From contig JBHPLC010000004.1 in assembly GCA_042564455.1 (NCBI GenBank), forward strand, positions 2,270 to 66,269: a stretch of DNA of 64,000 nucleotides, given 5' to 3'. The stretch comes from Candidatus Zhuqueibacterota bacterium (GTDB taxonomy: Bacteria > SM23-31). Positions 55,712 to 64,000 of the stretch are shown here, piece after piece. A model generated the notes under the pieces. The model had not been told where the DNA came from. It did not search any database and saw only the letters and a list, made by a program, of their open reading frames with translations. Position numbers and translations under genes: made by a program. The stretch's first letter is position 1. Every line of letters starts with the position of its first letter.

Positions 55712-56554
55712 CTACCGAATTGAGTATTCCATTTTCATACCAAAAACATAATTAACAAGATCTCCAAAATCTTTGTCCAAAGGTATCTGAAAAAACATCC
55801 CCGGCTGAATGCGGTAATTCTTTAACTGAGCTCCAAAAGTAACCACTTCGAATGACCTGTTATATGTTTTTTCTGTCGCAAGATATCTGCTTAATACTTC
55901 CGTTAATATTACAACTTTTTCAAAATTATATCCTATCATTCCGCCATAATGAAAATACAATTCCGGACCTCGCGAATCCCTAATCTCTGAATAAGGCATA
56001 TAAACTCTTGGATTAAATTCCAAACCGATTGTAAAACCATTATCCATAATTTTCCGGTAACCATAATCGATAGAAATTGTTGCCATTTCATGAGTAACCT
56101 TATTAATATTCATCAAATCGGTCAGTTTTCCTACATAAAGAGTTTCTTTTGCTGTAGGAAGATACATACCGATTCCAAGCCTCCAGCCACCATCCGAATT
56201 CATTCCTTTATTAGACTGTATCCCTACATATATGTTACCAATCTCCGTCCCGCTTCTGTCGGCAATATTACCTGGTTCCGATGGAATGCTATAATATTCC
56301 AACGGTATTGAAACAATAAAATTCACTTCTCTTAACGGAATACTTGCGTAAATATCAATAAGACCTGACGCATGAGAATAATCACGAAAAATATCACTAA
56401 AATTGCTATCAATTGAGGGATGCATAAATGAAATTCCGATTTTGGCTTTTTCCCCCGGAAAGGGCTGCATCAGAAATGTCTGTGCAGACAAGTTTGAAAC
56501 AAAGTTAAAGCAAATTAATAATATGCTCAACGATAAAATCCTTTTAAATATCAC
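55712..56554 (-). CDS. Putative outer-membrane beta-barrel protein
   Basis: Signal peptide ending 'NLSAQ'. Alternating hydrophobic beta-strand pattern throughout; 280 aa. Confidence 0.45.
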   Translation of the reverse strand: MIFKRILSLSILLICFNFVSNLSAQTFLMQPFPGEKAKIGISFMHPSIDSNFSDIFRDYSHASGLIDIYASIPLREVNFIVSIPLEYYSIPSEPGNIADRSGTEIGNIYVGIQSNKGMNSDGGWRLGIGMYLPTAKETLYVGKLTDLMNINKVTHEMATISIDYGYRKIMDNGFTIGLEFNPRVYMPYSEIRDSRGPELYFHYGGMIGYNFEKVVILTEVLSRYLATEKTYNRSFEVVTFGAQLKNYRIQPGMFFQIPLDKDFGDLVNYVFGMKMEYSIR

Positions 56555-56581
56555 AAAAATCTCCTGTTTTTCTTTTAGAAA

Positions 56582-57109
56582 TTATGGTATCATTACATCG
56601 TCAGAATAAATTGAACTGACTTTTAGAATATATTCTTTCCCGCCATCAGCATTCTCTTTCATATACTTAATTATTGAGTTCAACTTACCTAAAATACCTG
56701 AAATAAACTGCATACCTTCTGATTCGCTTTCAACATACACAGTATTACCATTATATGATATTTTGAAAGAAGGTATGTCCGCCCATCCGTAAGCTATATA
56801 ATGACCCGACATACAATTGAAATCGCTATTTTGAAACGTATTTACCAGATTATCAATCAAGTACCGCGGCAGTTCACTTTGTATGTTAATTTCACGACAT
56901 TCATAAGTAACAATATTATTATTATAAATTTTAAGCTTTTCCCGCATACCCCAGCCGCTATAATATTCATACTCAAGCAGTATAGCCGAAGGAGACAGCT
57001 CTTCCGATGTTTCGACCGGGATCAACGGATTGATCATGCATTGCAGATTGACGATCATTCCAACAAATATTATCAACAAGACAAATTTCAGTAAGTATCT
57101 TCGTTTCAT
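56582..57109 (-). CDS. Exported/lipoprotein-like hypothetical protein (paralogue of the N-terminal part of 54731..55675)
   Basis: ATG at 57109 with GAGGG RBS. 'MKRRYLLKFVLLIIFVGMIVNLQC'. Confidence 0.55.
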   Translation of the reverse strand: MKRRYLLKFVLLIIFVGMIVNLQCMINPLIPVETSEELSPSAILLEYEYYSGWGMREKLKIYNNNIVTYECREINIQSELPRYLIDNLVNTFQNSDFNCMSGHYIAYGWADIPSFKISYNGNTVYVESESEGMQFISGILGKLNSIIKYMKENADGGKEYILKVSSIYSDDVMIP

Positions 57110-57125
57110 TTTACCCTCAAATATG

Positions 57126-57947
57126 CTATGATATAAAATGCTGAGTTTTTGAAATAATATCGCCGGTAGTTGTGTCGACATATAAGGACCAGCCGATCAT
57201 CGATTCAAACCATATCGGCACTTTCCAGCATACATGAAGTTCGATAGAATTTTCCTTTTTAAATGGGTAGATAACTTTTTCAGTTATATCCATAATATCA
57301 GATTTATCAACAATAAATAATTCCTCACCGCTATGACTATGCCATCTTATCTTACGGCCAACAGAAAGCTCTCCGGCTTCATCGGCGCTTATTTTGTCAA
57401 TTCGTGGAATATTGATATCTTTATACCAGAAACCGTCAATATTAAAAACACCGTCACCATAAAGTAAAACTTGAATTCGTGCCCCGATAACTTCAAGTCC
57501 ATGATAATTCTGACGTCTGAAATATACGCCCCAGTGAGTTTTCTCATCATTTGAATAACGTATCTCGTATCCGCACTTTTCCAGTTCTAATGAATTTTGA
57601 ACATTTGTAAACTTACTGTTTTTTATCAGCGTATTAATGGCAATTTCAATCGCCTTATCTTCTGAAATAACTATTCCCGGATTATCTCTGAGGGCAAAAT
57701 CCCTGCCGGTCAGTCCGAATTTATTTAATCTTGAACGTATTTTGTTATTGTTCAATATATCAAATTCTGTCTGGAGTTTTTCCAATTCTTCCGATGACAG
57801 AGCTGAAATTGCCTTCGGATATACAAAATCAACACTATCTGATTCTGATTCAGGTGAAAGTATCCTGTCCAAACCGCAATTTACGGCAGTCAGACACACC
57901 AGCAGCAAAAATATCAGTGTTAGATTAGATGTTACGCGCAAACTCAA
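57126..57947 (-). CDS. Lipoprotein with two PepSY/propeptide-like modules (tentative)
   Basis: Lipobox 'AVNC'. 'ISEDKAIEIAINTL...' and 'ISADEAGELS...LHVCWKVPI...SLYVDTTTGDIIS' resemble PepSY-type inhibitor/propeptide domains. Confidence 0.35.
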   Translation of the reverse strand: MSLRVTSNLTLIFLLLVCLTAVNCGLDRILSPESESDSVDFVYPKAISALSSEELEKLQTEFDILNNNKIRSRLNKFGLTGRDFALRDNPGIVISEDKAIEIAINTLIKNSKFTNVQNSLELEKCGYEIRYSNDEKTHWGVYFRRQNYHGLEVIGARIQVLLYGDGVFNIDGFWYKDINIPRIDKISADEAGELSVGRKIRWHSHSGEELFIVDKSDIMDITEKVIYPFKKENSIELHVCWKVPIWFESMIGWSLYVDTTTGDIISKTQHFIS

Positions 57948-58121
57948 TTTGATCTCCCTGATTTTATATATAGTATATTGAATTTTCCGATGTTGAATCG
58001 TTCCAATTAAGCTAATTTATTTTGATTGATCATTTTTGATTTACTACCTTTAATTCATTAATACTACTATTTGTTCCTTATACCACAAATGTTAATGGTA
58101 CACCGCCGGATCTATGCATTA

Positions 58122-59255
58122 CTATTTCTCCACGATATTATACACGTAAAAACGCATGCTGTAACGTTTCTCAAGAATATAGATCTTGTTGCCGATGACT
58201 CTTATTCCGTCGCAGAACTGCTTGAGCTGATAAGCATTCAAAAAAACACCGTTTTCATCGTAAAGATACAGTATATAAGCATCGGTCTCAAGTTTATCGT
58301 TTTTGCCCGAACTCGCATCTGCTCTTTCCTCTGTGCTTAATAGTCTTTTTTTTGTCAGAAACCACATTCTGCCTTTTGGATCAACACTAAAGCCAGCAGG
58401 CATTTTTTCACTTTTGATTGTGACTTCTTCGATTCCCTCATCCGGATCTACAGGCCTGTTAGTCCTGAAAATCTGTGTGCCGTCAGGGCGGAATTTCTCA
58501 AGCCGGTTCTGCCATAGCATTACGGTATATACATTGTCTTTAATGTCGACGTCGTAAAACATTCTGTTTAATCCGGTTTTCCATTCGAGTTTTGGTTTAT
58601 ATATCGTGGCCTCACCGAAACGTCTTAATATATTACCTTCCCGGTCATGAATATGAATCAGCGGCATCCAAGTCTCTTTGCCTGGTTCAGGTCTAAAGCG
58701 GTTGATGTTTTCAGTGGCTATATTTTTCATCACAATTTCGCCTGTCTGCAGCGCCCTGACATAGTCTACATATGGGGCATATATCTTAATAGTGCCTGTA
58801 TATTTGCCTTCACTGGTGAGGATCTCAAGGCGGTCGTTAGAAAAATTCGCCACGTAGATGTTATCGCTTCCACCAATATCGATAGATAAGGGCCTTAAAA
58901 ATTCTCCCGGACCCTGGCCATTACGGCCGATTGTGTGAATATACTTGCCGTTCGGATCAAATTTCTGTATACGGAAATTGCCCGCATCAAGGACATACAG
59001 ATTCCCTTCGGAATCTCCGGCAATATCGGCAGGATTGTAGAACATATAGTTTTCATCTTCCGACTCGAGTTTTCCCAAAAATCCTTCGAATATGAGTTCA
59101 ATCCGCGGCTCATCCCCCCAGAGTGCAGCGTGGTTGTTGATATGCCTGACTCCATCTATAACCTCAACAGTGTATGTTTTATCCTGTGCAACGGACATTC
59201 CCTGAATAATGCAGGTAAACAAAAGCGCTATTACAAAAAAACCGGAGGTTTTCAT
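58122..59255 (-). CDS. 6-bladed NHL-like beta-propeller protein, paralogue 3
   Basis: ATG at 59255, 2 nt after the stop of paralogue 4. Signal peptide. 'IGRNGQGPGEFLRPLSIDIGGSDNIYVAN', 'NRLEKFRPDG', C-terminal 'YVYNIVEK'. Confidence 0.7.
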   Translation of the reverse strand: MKTSGFFVIALLFTCIIQGMSVAQDKTYTVEVIDGVRHINNHAALWGDEPRIELIFEGFLGKLESEDENYMFYNPADIAGDSEGNLYVLDAGNFRIQKFDPNGKYIHTIGRNGQGPGEFLRPLSIDIGGSDNIYVANFSNDRLEILTSEGKYTGTIKIYAPYVDYVRALQTGEIVMKNIATENINRFRPEPGKETWMPLIHIHDREGNILRRFGEATIYKPKLEWKTGLNRMFYDVDIKDNVYTVMLWQNRLEKFRPDGTQIFRTNRPVDPDEGIEEVTIKSEKMPAGFSVDPKGRMWFLTKKRLLSTEERADASSGKNDKLETDAYILYLYDENGVFLNAYQLKQFCDGIRVIGNKIYILEKRYSMRFYVYNIVEK

Positions 59256-59257
59256 TA

Positions 59258-60355
59258 CTATTTCTCCACGATCTTGTATTGATAAACGCACATATTTCCA
59301 CGAGTATCGATCAGATACATATGATTTTTGAAAATCCGCATGAAATCAAATCTCTGTGGTGCAGCCACAGTCTGTAATAAATATCCATCCTCACTAAATA
59401 TTTCAAAATATACATAATCCTGAAATTCCATATCTGCTTCTTTTTGTTTTTTGTAAGTAATTACCCACAGTCTATTATCATTATCAATATCAATTCCCAG
59501 CGATACTACAGGCGGGATTGCTACAATAACTGTCTCACCTTCATCATTTTCAAATTGTCCAATTTTCTTGGGGCTCACATCGAAATTTACTTTTCTGTCG
59601 GTTCTGAATATAAGGTCTCCGTTTTTTGTATATTTTTCAATTCTATTTTGTCTCATAAATGATGCATAAATTTCATTGTTCTCTGAAACACAAATACCGA
59701 TACGATTGCCATCGAAATTAGCGCTAAAATTTCCAAAATCATCACTTTTACCGAAAGTTTTCAACTCTTTCCCGCTGAAGTCGTATATAGCAATCAAAGG
59801 AGGAGTGCTATTTTTCAAACCGGCTGCAGTCCATACAACAAAACTGTTGTCACTCAAAATCCGAAATCCTGTCATTCCCCTCTGAAAGGACATATATTCT
59901 TCAAACTTCCCTTCATTTGAGAATATTTGAATTCTACGTCCGGAAGCAGAAGCAACATATATATTTCCCTGATCATCTATATCCCCGCTTATATAAGTTG
60001 GAAATTCACCCGGCCCCTGGCCTTTTCTGCCAAAACTAAGCAAGAATTCCCCTCTGGAGTTGAATTTCTGTACCCGGGAATTGCCGGAATCAAATATATA
60101 TATGTTCCTTTCTTCGTCTTCCAAAACATCACGTGGCTCGTAAAATTGATAGTTCTTACCCTTTTCATCCAGTTCCCCGATAACCTGAACTAATTTCAAT
60201 TCAATTTTCTGCTCATCCCCCCACATCGGTTTTTCATTATGTATCAGCCTGATACCATCTTTTACTTCAACAGTGTACGTTTTCCCCTCCTGTCCGAAGC
60301 AAATACCTGAGAACAGAAAAAGCACCAGAATGACGATGCAAATCCCATATTTCAT
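59258..60355 (-). CDS. 6-bladed NHL-like beta-propeller protein, paralogue 4
   Basis: Signal peptide. 'FGRKGQGPGEFPTYISGDIDDQGNIYVAS', 'NRIEKYTKNG', C-terminal 'YQYKIVEK'. N-terminus 'KTYTVEVKDGIRLIHNE' matches paralogue 3. Confidence 0.7.
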   Translation of the reverse strand: MKYGICIVILVLFLFSGICFGQEGKTYTVEVKDGIRLIHNEKPMWGDEQKIELKLVQVIGELDEKGKNYQFYEPRDVLEDEERNIYIFDSGNSRVQKFNSRGEFLLSFGRKGQGPGEFPTYISGDIDDQGNIYVASASGRRIQIFSNEGKFEEYMSFQRGMTGFRILSDNSFVVWTAAGLKNSTPPLIAIYDFSGKELKTFGKSDDFGNFSANFDGNRIGICVSENNEIYASFMRQNRIEKYTKNGDLIFRTDRKVNFDVSPKKIGQFENDEGETVIVAIPPVVSLGIDIDNDNRLWVITYKKQKEADMEFQDYVYFEIFSEDGYLLQTVAAPQRFDFMRIFKNHMYLIDTRGNMCVYQYKIVEK

Positions 60356-60386
60356 TGTGATCTCCGTATTTTCATTTATAATCCTT

Positions 60387-61640
60387 TCACTTCCCGCCTG
60401 CCCCTTGCAGTCTGGGGCCTGCCCCTTGTTTTTTGGCGTACACAGCCTGGTCGATACTGTATTTTTGGATCACAGGGAAGCCTTCATCATTCTTCCCTAT
60501 CCTGTAAACATATCCGTTCTTAATGACATCGGGAATAAAATCAAAGTACGCCGAACAGGTATACTGCTCTTTGTCAGCATCAAAAACATCCGCTAAAATA
60601 TCACCTTTGTTATTGGTCGTGTGGGTAAATGCAAAAATGTGGTTTCTGTCCGTAAGAAGCGACTTCAGGGGGGTGAAGTACTGCGTTTCATCCAGAATAT
60701 CCTCGAATTGATTTGCTGCAATTTCAAAAATATCGGCGTCAGTTCCCATACTTCCCATTTCTTTAACTTCTTTTAACGTATTGTAAAAAGCTTTTTCCAG
60801 AGAATCTGGTATTTCAACTCTTGTATATGTATTTGACAGTTTGATACTTTTCCGGTCACTGAGAGAATATATGTTCAGAGAATAGGAAGATTTCTGATCT
60901 TCCCGGACAGAGTCAAAATACGGATGCGTAAAAACAACCCTGTCCCTGCTCATTATATCCCACAATAGTGTCCCGTTGAAATACAGATTTACGCCCACTA
61001 TTCCAACACTTATTTGCTTAACATTTTTGTAATCTGTGACCTTCTCAATATTTTCTCCGTTTTCATACCACAACATATGAGACTGGGTATAAAAATCTTC
61101 AGGATCCTTATAATAAGCGAATCCTTCAAGGATCTTAACCGACTCGTTAAAATAACACCCTTTTTCTTCGTAAAGGTTTCTCAGGCCGAGTTCATCGAGG
61201 AATGTGTCGTATTTCGGAATGTTTTTCAGTTTTTCAGACTTGATGAAATCATGACCGGGAGAAAAAAGATTAAATCCTTTCTTATCATAAATGGAAATGT
61301 ATCCTGTCGGGCTGATCTTTGGAATGCTCCTATAGGTAAAATCAAATTCACCGGGTCCTTCACCGGGTTTTCCGATGATACTTCTTTCTTTCCCGTTTTT
61401 GTCAAAAACCTTGATCCTGTCCTCATCGGAAACATAGATGTCGCCCTTATAACTGACGGCAATACCGGTCGGTTTAGCAAGCAGAAACTCATCCTGAACG
61501 TTCTCAGCCCCGAATTCAAGCTCCAGTTTCAGAATATCGTCTAATATGACAGGTGAATTGTTCTTTGCCGATTCCGGGGGTGAGCTGCAGTTCGTTATTA
61601 ATTGTAAGAATAAGAAACTCAATAAGAGATGACTGCGCAT
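60387..61640 (-). CDS. 6-bladed NHL-like beta-propeller lipoprotein, paralogue 5 (divergent, with C-terminal Gly/Ala/Gln extension)
   Basis: Lipobox 'ITNC'. 'IGKPGEGPGEFDFTY'. C-terminal 'IQKYSI' followed by 'DQAVYAKKQGAGPRLQGAGGK', which is encoded by a GC-rich imperfect direct repeat. Confidence 0.6.
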   Translation of the reverse strand: MRSHLLLSFLFLQLITNCSSPPESAKNNSPVILDDILKLELEFGAENVQDEFLLAKPTGIAVSYKGDIYVSDEDRIKVFDKNGKERSIIGKPGEGPGEFDFTYRSIPKISPTGYISIYDKKGFNLFSPGHDFIKSEKLKNIPKYDTFLDELGLRNLYEEKGCYFNESVKILEGFAYYKDPEDFYTQSHMLWYENGENIEKVTDYKNVKQISVGIVGVNLYFNGTLLWDIMSRDRVVFTHPYFDSVREDQKSSYSLNIYSLSDRKSIKLSNTYTRVEIPDSLEKAFYNTLKEVKEMGSMGTDADIFEIAANQFEDILDETQYFTPLKSLLTDRNHIFAFTHTTNNKGDILADVFDADKEQYTCSAYFDFIPDVIKNGYVYRIGKNDEGFPVIQKYSIDQAVYAKKQGAGPRLQGAGGK

Positions 61641-61777
61641 TAGAACCTCATAAAATATAATTTTTTACCTACTATATTAAGACTGAATAAAATTTTATAA
61701 GTTTCATATTATGTAAATCTGGTTTTACTCAGAGGATTCTGAAACCGGCCGAATATTCCTATACCAAAAATGTGTGT

Positions 61778-62158
61778 CTAATATCGCACTGCACCAAAAC
61801 TTCCCCAGCCATCACTGACAGTAGAGTATATGGTATGTTTTTCCTGTGTCAGCCAGGGCTGGAACCGGACTGTGTTTTTATCTTTATCATACAGTCTTCC
61901 GTCGGTCGAATAAAATTCTATAGCAGTCTCATGTCCGTCGCCATCATAAACCTCGACCTCTATAACCGGATCTTCCGGAGTAATCCCATCTTGTCTCAGA
62001 TCAATAAAACCGTATTTATTACCCAGTATGGTATCCGGAGTGGCAGTCATCTTTGTAATTACCGGTTCGCTCAGTTCCGGTATCGGTCCAACCGGTGTGA
62101 CTTTTTTACACGAAATAACCGCTGTAAACGTTAAAAAAAGAACGAGAATCGTTCGCAT
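61778..62158 (-). CDS. Small lipoprotein, unknown function
   Basis: 'MRTILVLFLTFTAVISC' lipobox; 126 aa, beta-rich. Confidence 0.5.
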   Translation of the reverse strand: MRTILVLFLTFTAVISCKKVTPVGPIPELSEPVITKMTATPDTILGNKYGFIDLRQDGITPEDPVIEVEVYDGDGHETAIEFYSTDGRLYDKDKNTVRFQPWLTQEKHTIYSTVSDGWGSFGAVRY

Positions 62159-62198
62159 CTATTCCCCCCGAGTTTTTTTCAAATCTTTCATGCCGTTC

Positions 62199-64000
62199 CT
62201 ACTTGATAAGCATCATCCTTATCATACTTGAAAATCTGCCGGCATATATTTTACAGAAGTAAATACCCGTACTGACCGTTATCCCTGAATTGTTAGTACC
62301 GTCCCAGACGAGCTCATGCTCCCCCCTTGCAAAACTGCCTGCTGCTAAAGTTTTTACCTCCCCGCCTAAAACATTATAGATTTTGACCGTTACATCCTCC
62401 GGGTAAGGCAGGTTGAACCGGATGGTTGTCGAGGGATTGAACGGATTAGGATAGTTGGGATCCAGTCTGAATGAATAATCAAAATTAGTTGATTCCAGCA
62501 CCGGCTCAACATTTTTCTTGGACAGAAAACCATACATTATGTCAGCATTCTCGGCATTATTATATACATCCTCGAACCTGATCTTGGGATCCACTCCGAA
62601 ATAGAACGGGTCATTGACCGGCCAGTTATAGTTTGCCGGATCGGCAATCCCGGGATTATCCGCCGAGCCGATAACCGCAAACTCGATCCTCGCCGTATCA
62701 CCGGGCGACATCGAAAAAGGCCCCCAGCCAACATTCACCTGTGTACGGGGTCTTATATCTACTGCGTGAATAATTGGAGAATACCAATATTTATCGTACC
62801 TTTCTCCAGTAATATAATCATGATTATTCCAGTAGTCCATGGAATCGATGTTATCCCATTTGTAGTTTGGGTAATCTTCATCCTCTGGATAGGTATGAAA
62901 GAACTGCAGCAGATGATCCGAATCCTTCAGTATATCCACGTTACCCGACATCATTGCATACAGCCAGTTCTCGTAGGGCTCTCCTTCAACAACACCAGTA
63001 TGCCGTTCATCAAAATAATGGATTGAGGACATATCCCCGCCGCCCGGCATATCATACCATTTGAATGAGAATACAGCGACAGGCCCTTCAACGGCAGTCC
63101 CCCACTGTCTTTTATGATAGCCATATTTGTGATAAATTGTCAGGAGCTGAGTTTCATCCTCCCAGAGAAGATAATTATCAATACGTCCCGGCCTTGCACT
63201 ATATTCTCCCCCCCAGCCTACACGGTAATACGGAAGCCTCAGGTAAATATAAAGGCCGAAGTAAATATCGTCAATAGTGCCGTTATAAAAATGCCTGTCA
63301 ATATCACCCTCAAGTTCGTAGGTCTCTTTTTTCTGGAATATGAGATCGGAATCGATAAAGATAATATCCTCGTACATCGGTCTTGTGAAAGCATAGAACT
63401 GGGTTTCCAGGTCAAAACCGACCGGATAACCGTTATTCAGGTCGTCACCCGGGCGTACACCGCAGTATTTATCCGTCTCTATCATGAATACTTCTGAAAA
63501 ATTAATTACCTGAATGAGTTCCGGATAATAAATATGCTGATAATTTTCATCAGCATTATGTCTCCATCTCCCGGGCCAGTGCCTCTCACCGGGAGTTTCG
63601 GTAAATTTTCCGGATCCGGAAAATGTTGCTGGAGTACCGTAATAACCTTCGGGCCAGGAATCAGGGCGATTACTCACGGCAAGATAAGGAATACCACTTT
63701 CTGAAGCTGATCCTTCCTCTCCACCCATCAAACGGCTGTAACTGTTATCCTTGGCATCCCAGTCGGTATATGAATATCCCTGTCCGCCGCCGCCGATCGT
63801 GTAATTTGCTGACTCTATGACGTTATAATATTCACTTCTGTCGACTATCCCATAATCTGCAGTTGGTATATCAGCACCCCACGGTCCGGACCTGAGGCCC
63901 ACCATGGGAAACAGCCTTCTGATAGTACCGTATTCATTGGGCAGGCCAAAAGAACTTATACCTGTGTATGTCAGCAGCGGATAATAATTACCTGACCACA
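62199..64000 (-). CDS. Large secreted protein with T9SS type A C-terminal sorting domain (N-terminus outside window)
   Basis: The frame stays open upstream of the track ATG (63905) to the window edge. C-terminus 'YPNPFNPSTTIRFNLP...VKIYNVLGGEV...GIYFCKIYAG' is the Por secretion tail pattern. Confidence 0.7.
   Translation of the reverse strand, partial: WSGNYYPLLTYTGISSFGLPNEYGTIRRLFPMVGLRSGPWGADIPTADYGIVDRSEYYNVIESANYTIGGGGQGYSYTDWDAKDNSYSRLMGGEEGSASESGIPYLAVSNRPDSWPEGYYGTPATFSGSGKFTETPGERHWPGRWRHNADENYQHIYYPELIQVINFSEVFMIETDKYCGVRPGDDLNNGYPVGFDLETQFYAFTRPMYEDIIFIDSDLIFQKKETYELEGDIDRHFYNGTIDDIYFGLYIYLRLPYYRVGWGGEYSARPGRIDNYLLWEDETQLLTIYHKYGYHKRQWGTAVEGPVAVFSFKWYDMPGGGDMSSIHYFDERHTGVVEGEPYENWLYAMMSGNVDILKDSDHLLQFFHTYPEDEDYPNYKWDNIDSMDYWNNHDYITGERYDKYWYSPIIHAVDIRPRTQVNVGWGPFSMSPGDTARIEFAVIGSADNPGIADPANYNWPVNDPFYFGVDPKIRFEDVYNNAENADIMYGFLSKKNVEPVLESTNFDYSFRLDPNYPNPFNPSTTIRFNLPYPEDVTVKIYNVLGGEVKTLAAGSFARGEHELVWDGTNNSGITVSTGIYFCKIYAGRFSSMIRMMLIK

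Noticed and set aside
58072-58121. Remnant of a fourth tandem propeller gene; the conserved stop-NN-ATG junction is followed by ATGCATAGATCCGGCGG
   Set aside because: The frame closes after 13 codons and the similarity to the paralogue N-termini is weak. It is mentioned under the family finding but not called as a pseudogene.
60387-60432. GC-rich imperfect direct repeat (aaggggcaggc twice, on the minus strand) at the 3' end of propeller paralogue 5 as a separate regulatory element or terminator
   Set aside because: Only a 5-bp stem is possible and it lies inside the ORF. It more likely simply encodes the QGAG-QGAG tail, so it is noted in the feature evidence only.

Overview
AT-rich bacterial chromosomal window. 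I saw no rRNA, tRNA, CRISPR array, transposase, integrase or phage gene. The gene content includes a T9SS C-terminal sorting domain, a TonB-dependent receptor, many lipoproteins, a tungsten-type aldehyde:ferredoxin oxidoreductase and a pyruvoyl arginine decarboxylase. This suggests an anaerobic, probably uncultivated FCB-superphylum-like bacterium, but taxonomy cannot be assigned from sequence alone. Recognisable blocks: a complete Pho supercluster (phoB-phoR, porin, pstSCAB-phoU); argG-argH; a cobalamin riboswitch with its own promoter and terminator in front of a CoA-binding protein gene; a TonB-dependent receptor; two multi-PAS histidine-kinase loci; a DsrE/TusE/DUF1641/FAD-oxidoreductase sulfur-trafficking cluster with an HTH-PocR regulator; a pdaD-speB-deoxyhypusine-synthase-like polyamine cluster; and an AOR/ferredoxin/SNF-transporter module. 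The most unusual content is threefold. (1) A ~4.2 kb cassette is bounded by a 132-bp direct duplication of the 3' end of a winged-helix regulator gene. It encodes a MauE-like membrane protein, a CxxC-less thioredoxin-fold-like protein, a 6-bladed NHL-like beta-propeller lipoprotein, two tandem 94-aa secreted peptides with 10 invariant cysteines, and an S51 peptidase. (2) The same propeller family has five paralogues in the window, three of them in tandem inside a nine-gene array in which every product looks exported. (3) Several families of small palindromic repeats pile up in four intergenic regions, including a 497-bp MITE-like unit with 33-bp inverted ends. All functional calls rest on motif recognition by eye; no database search was possible.
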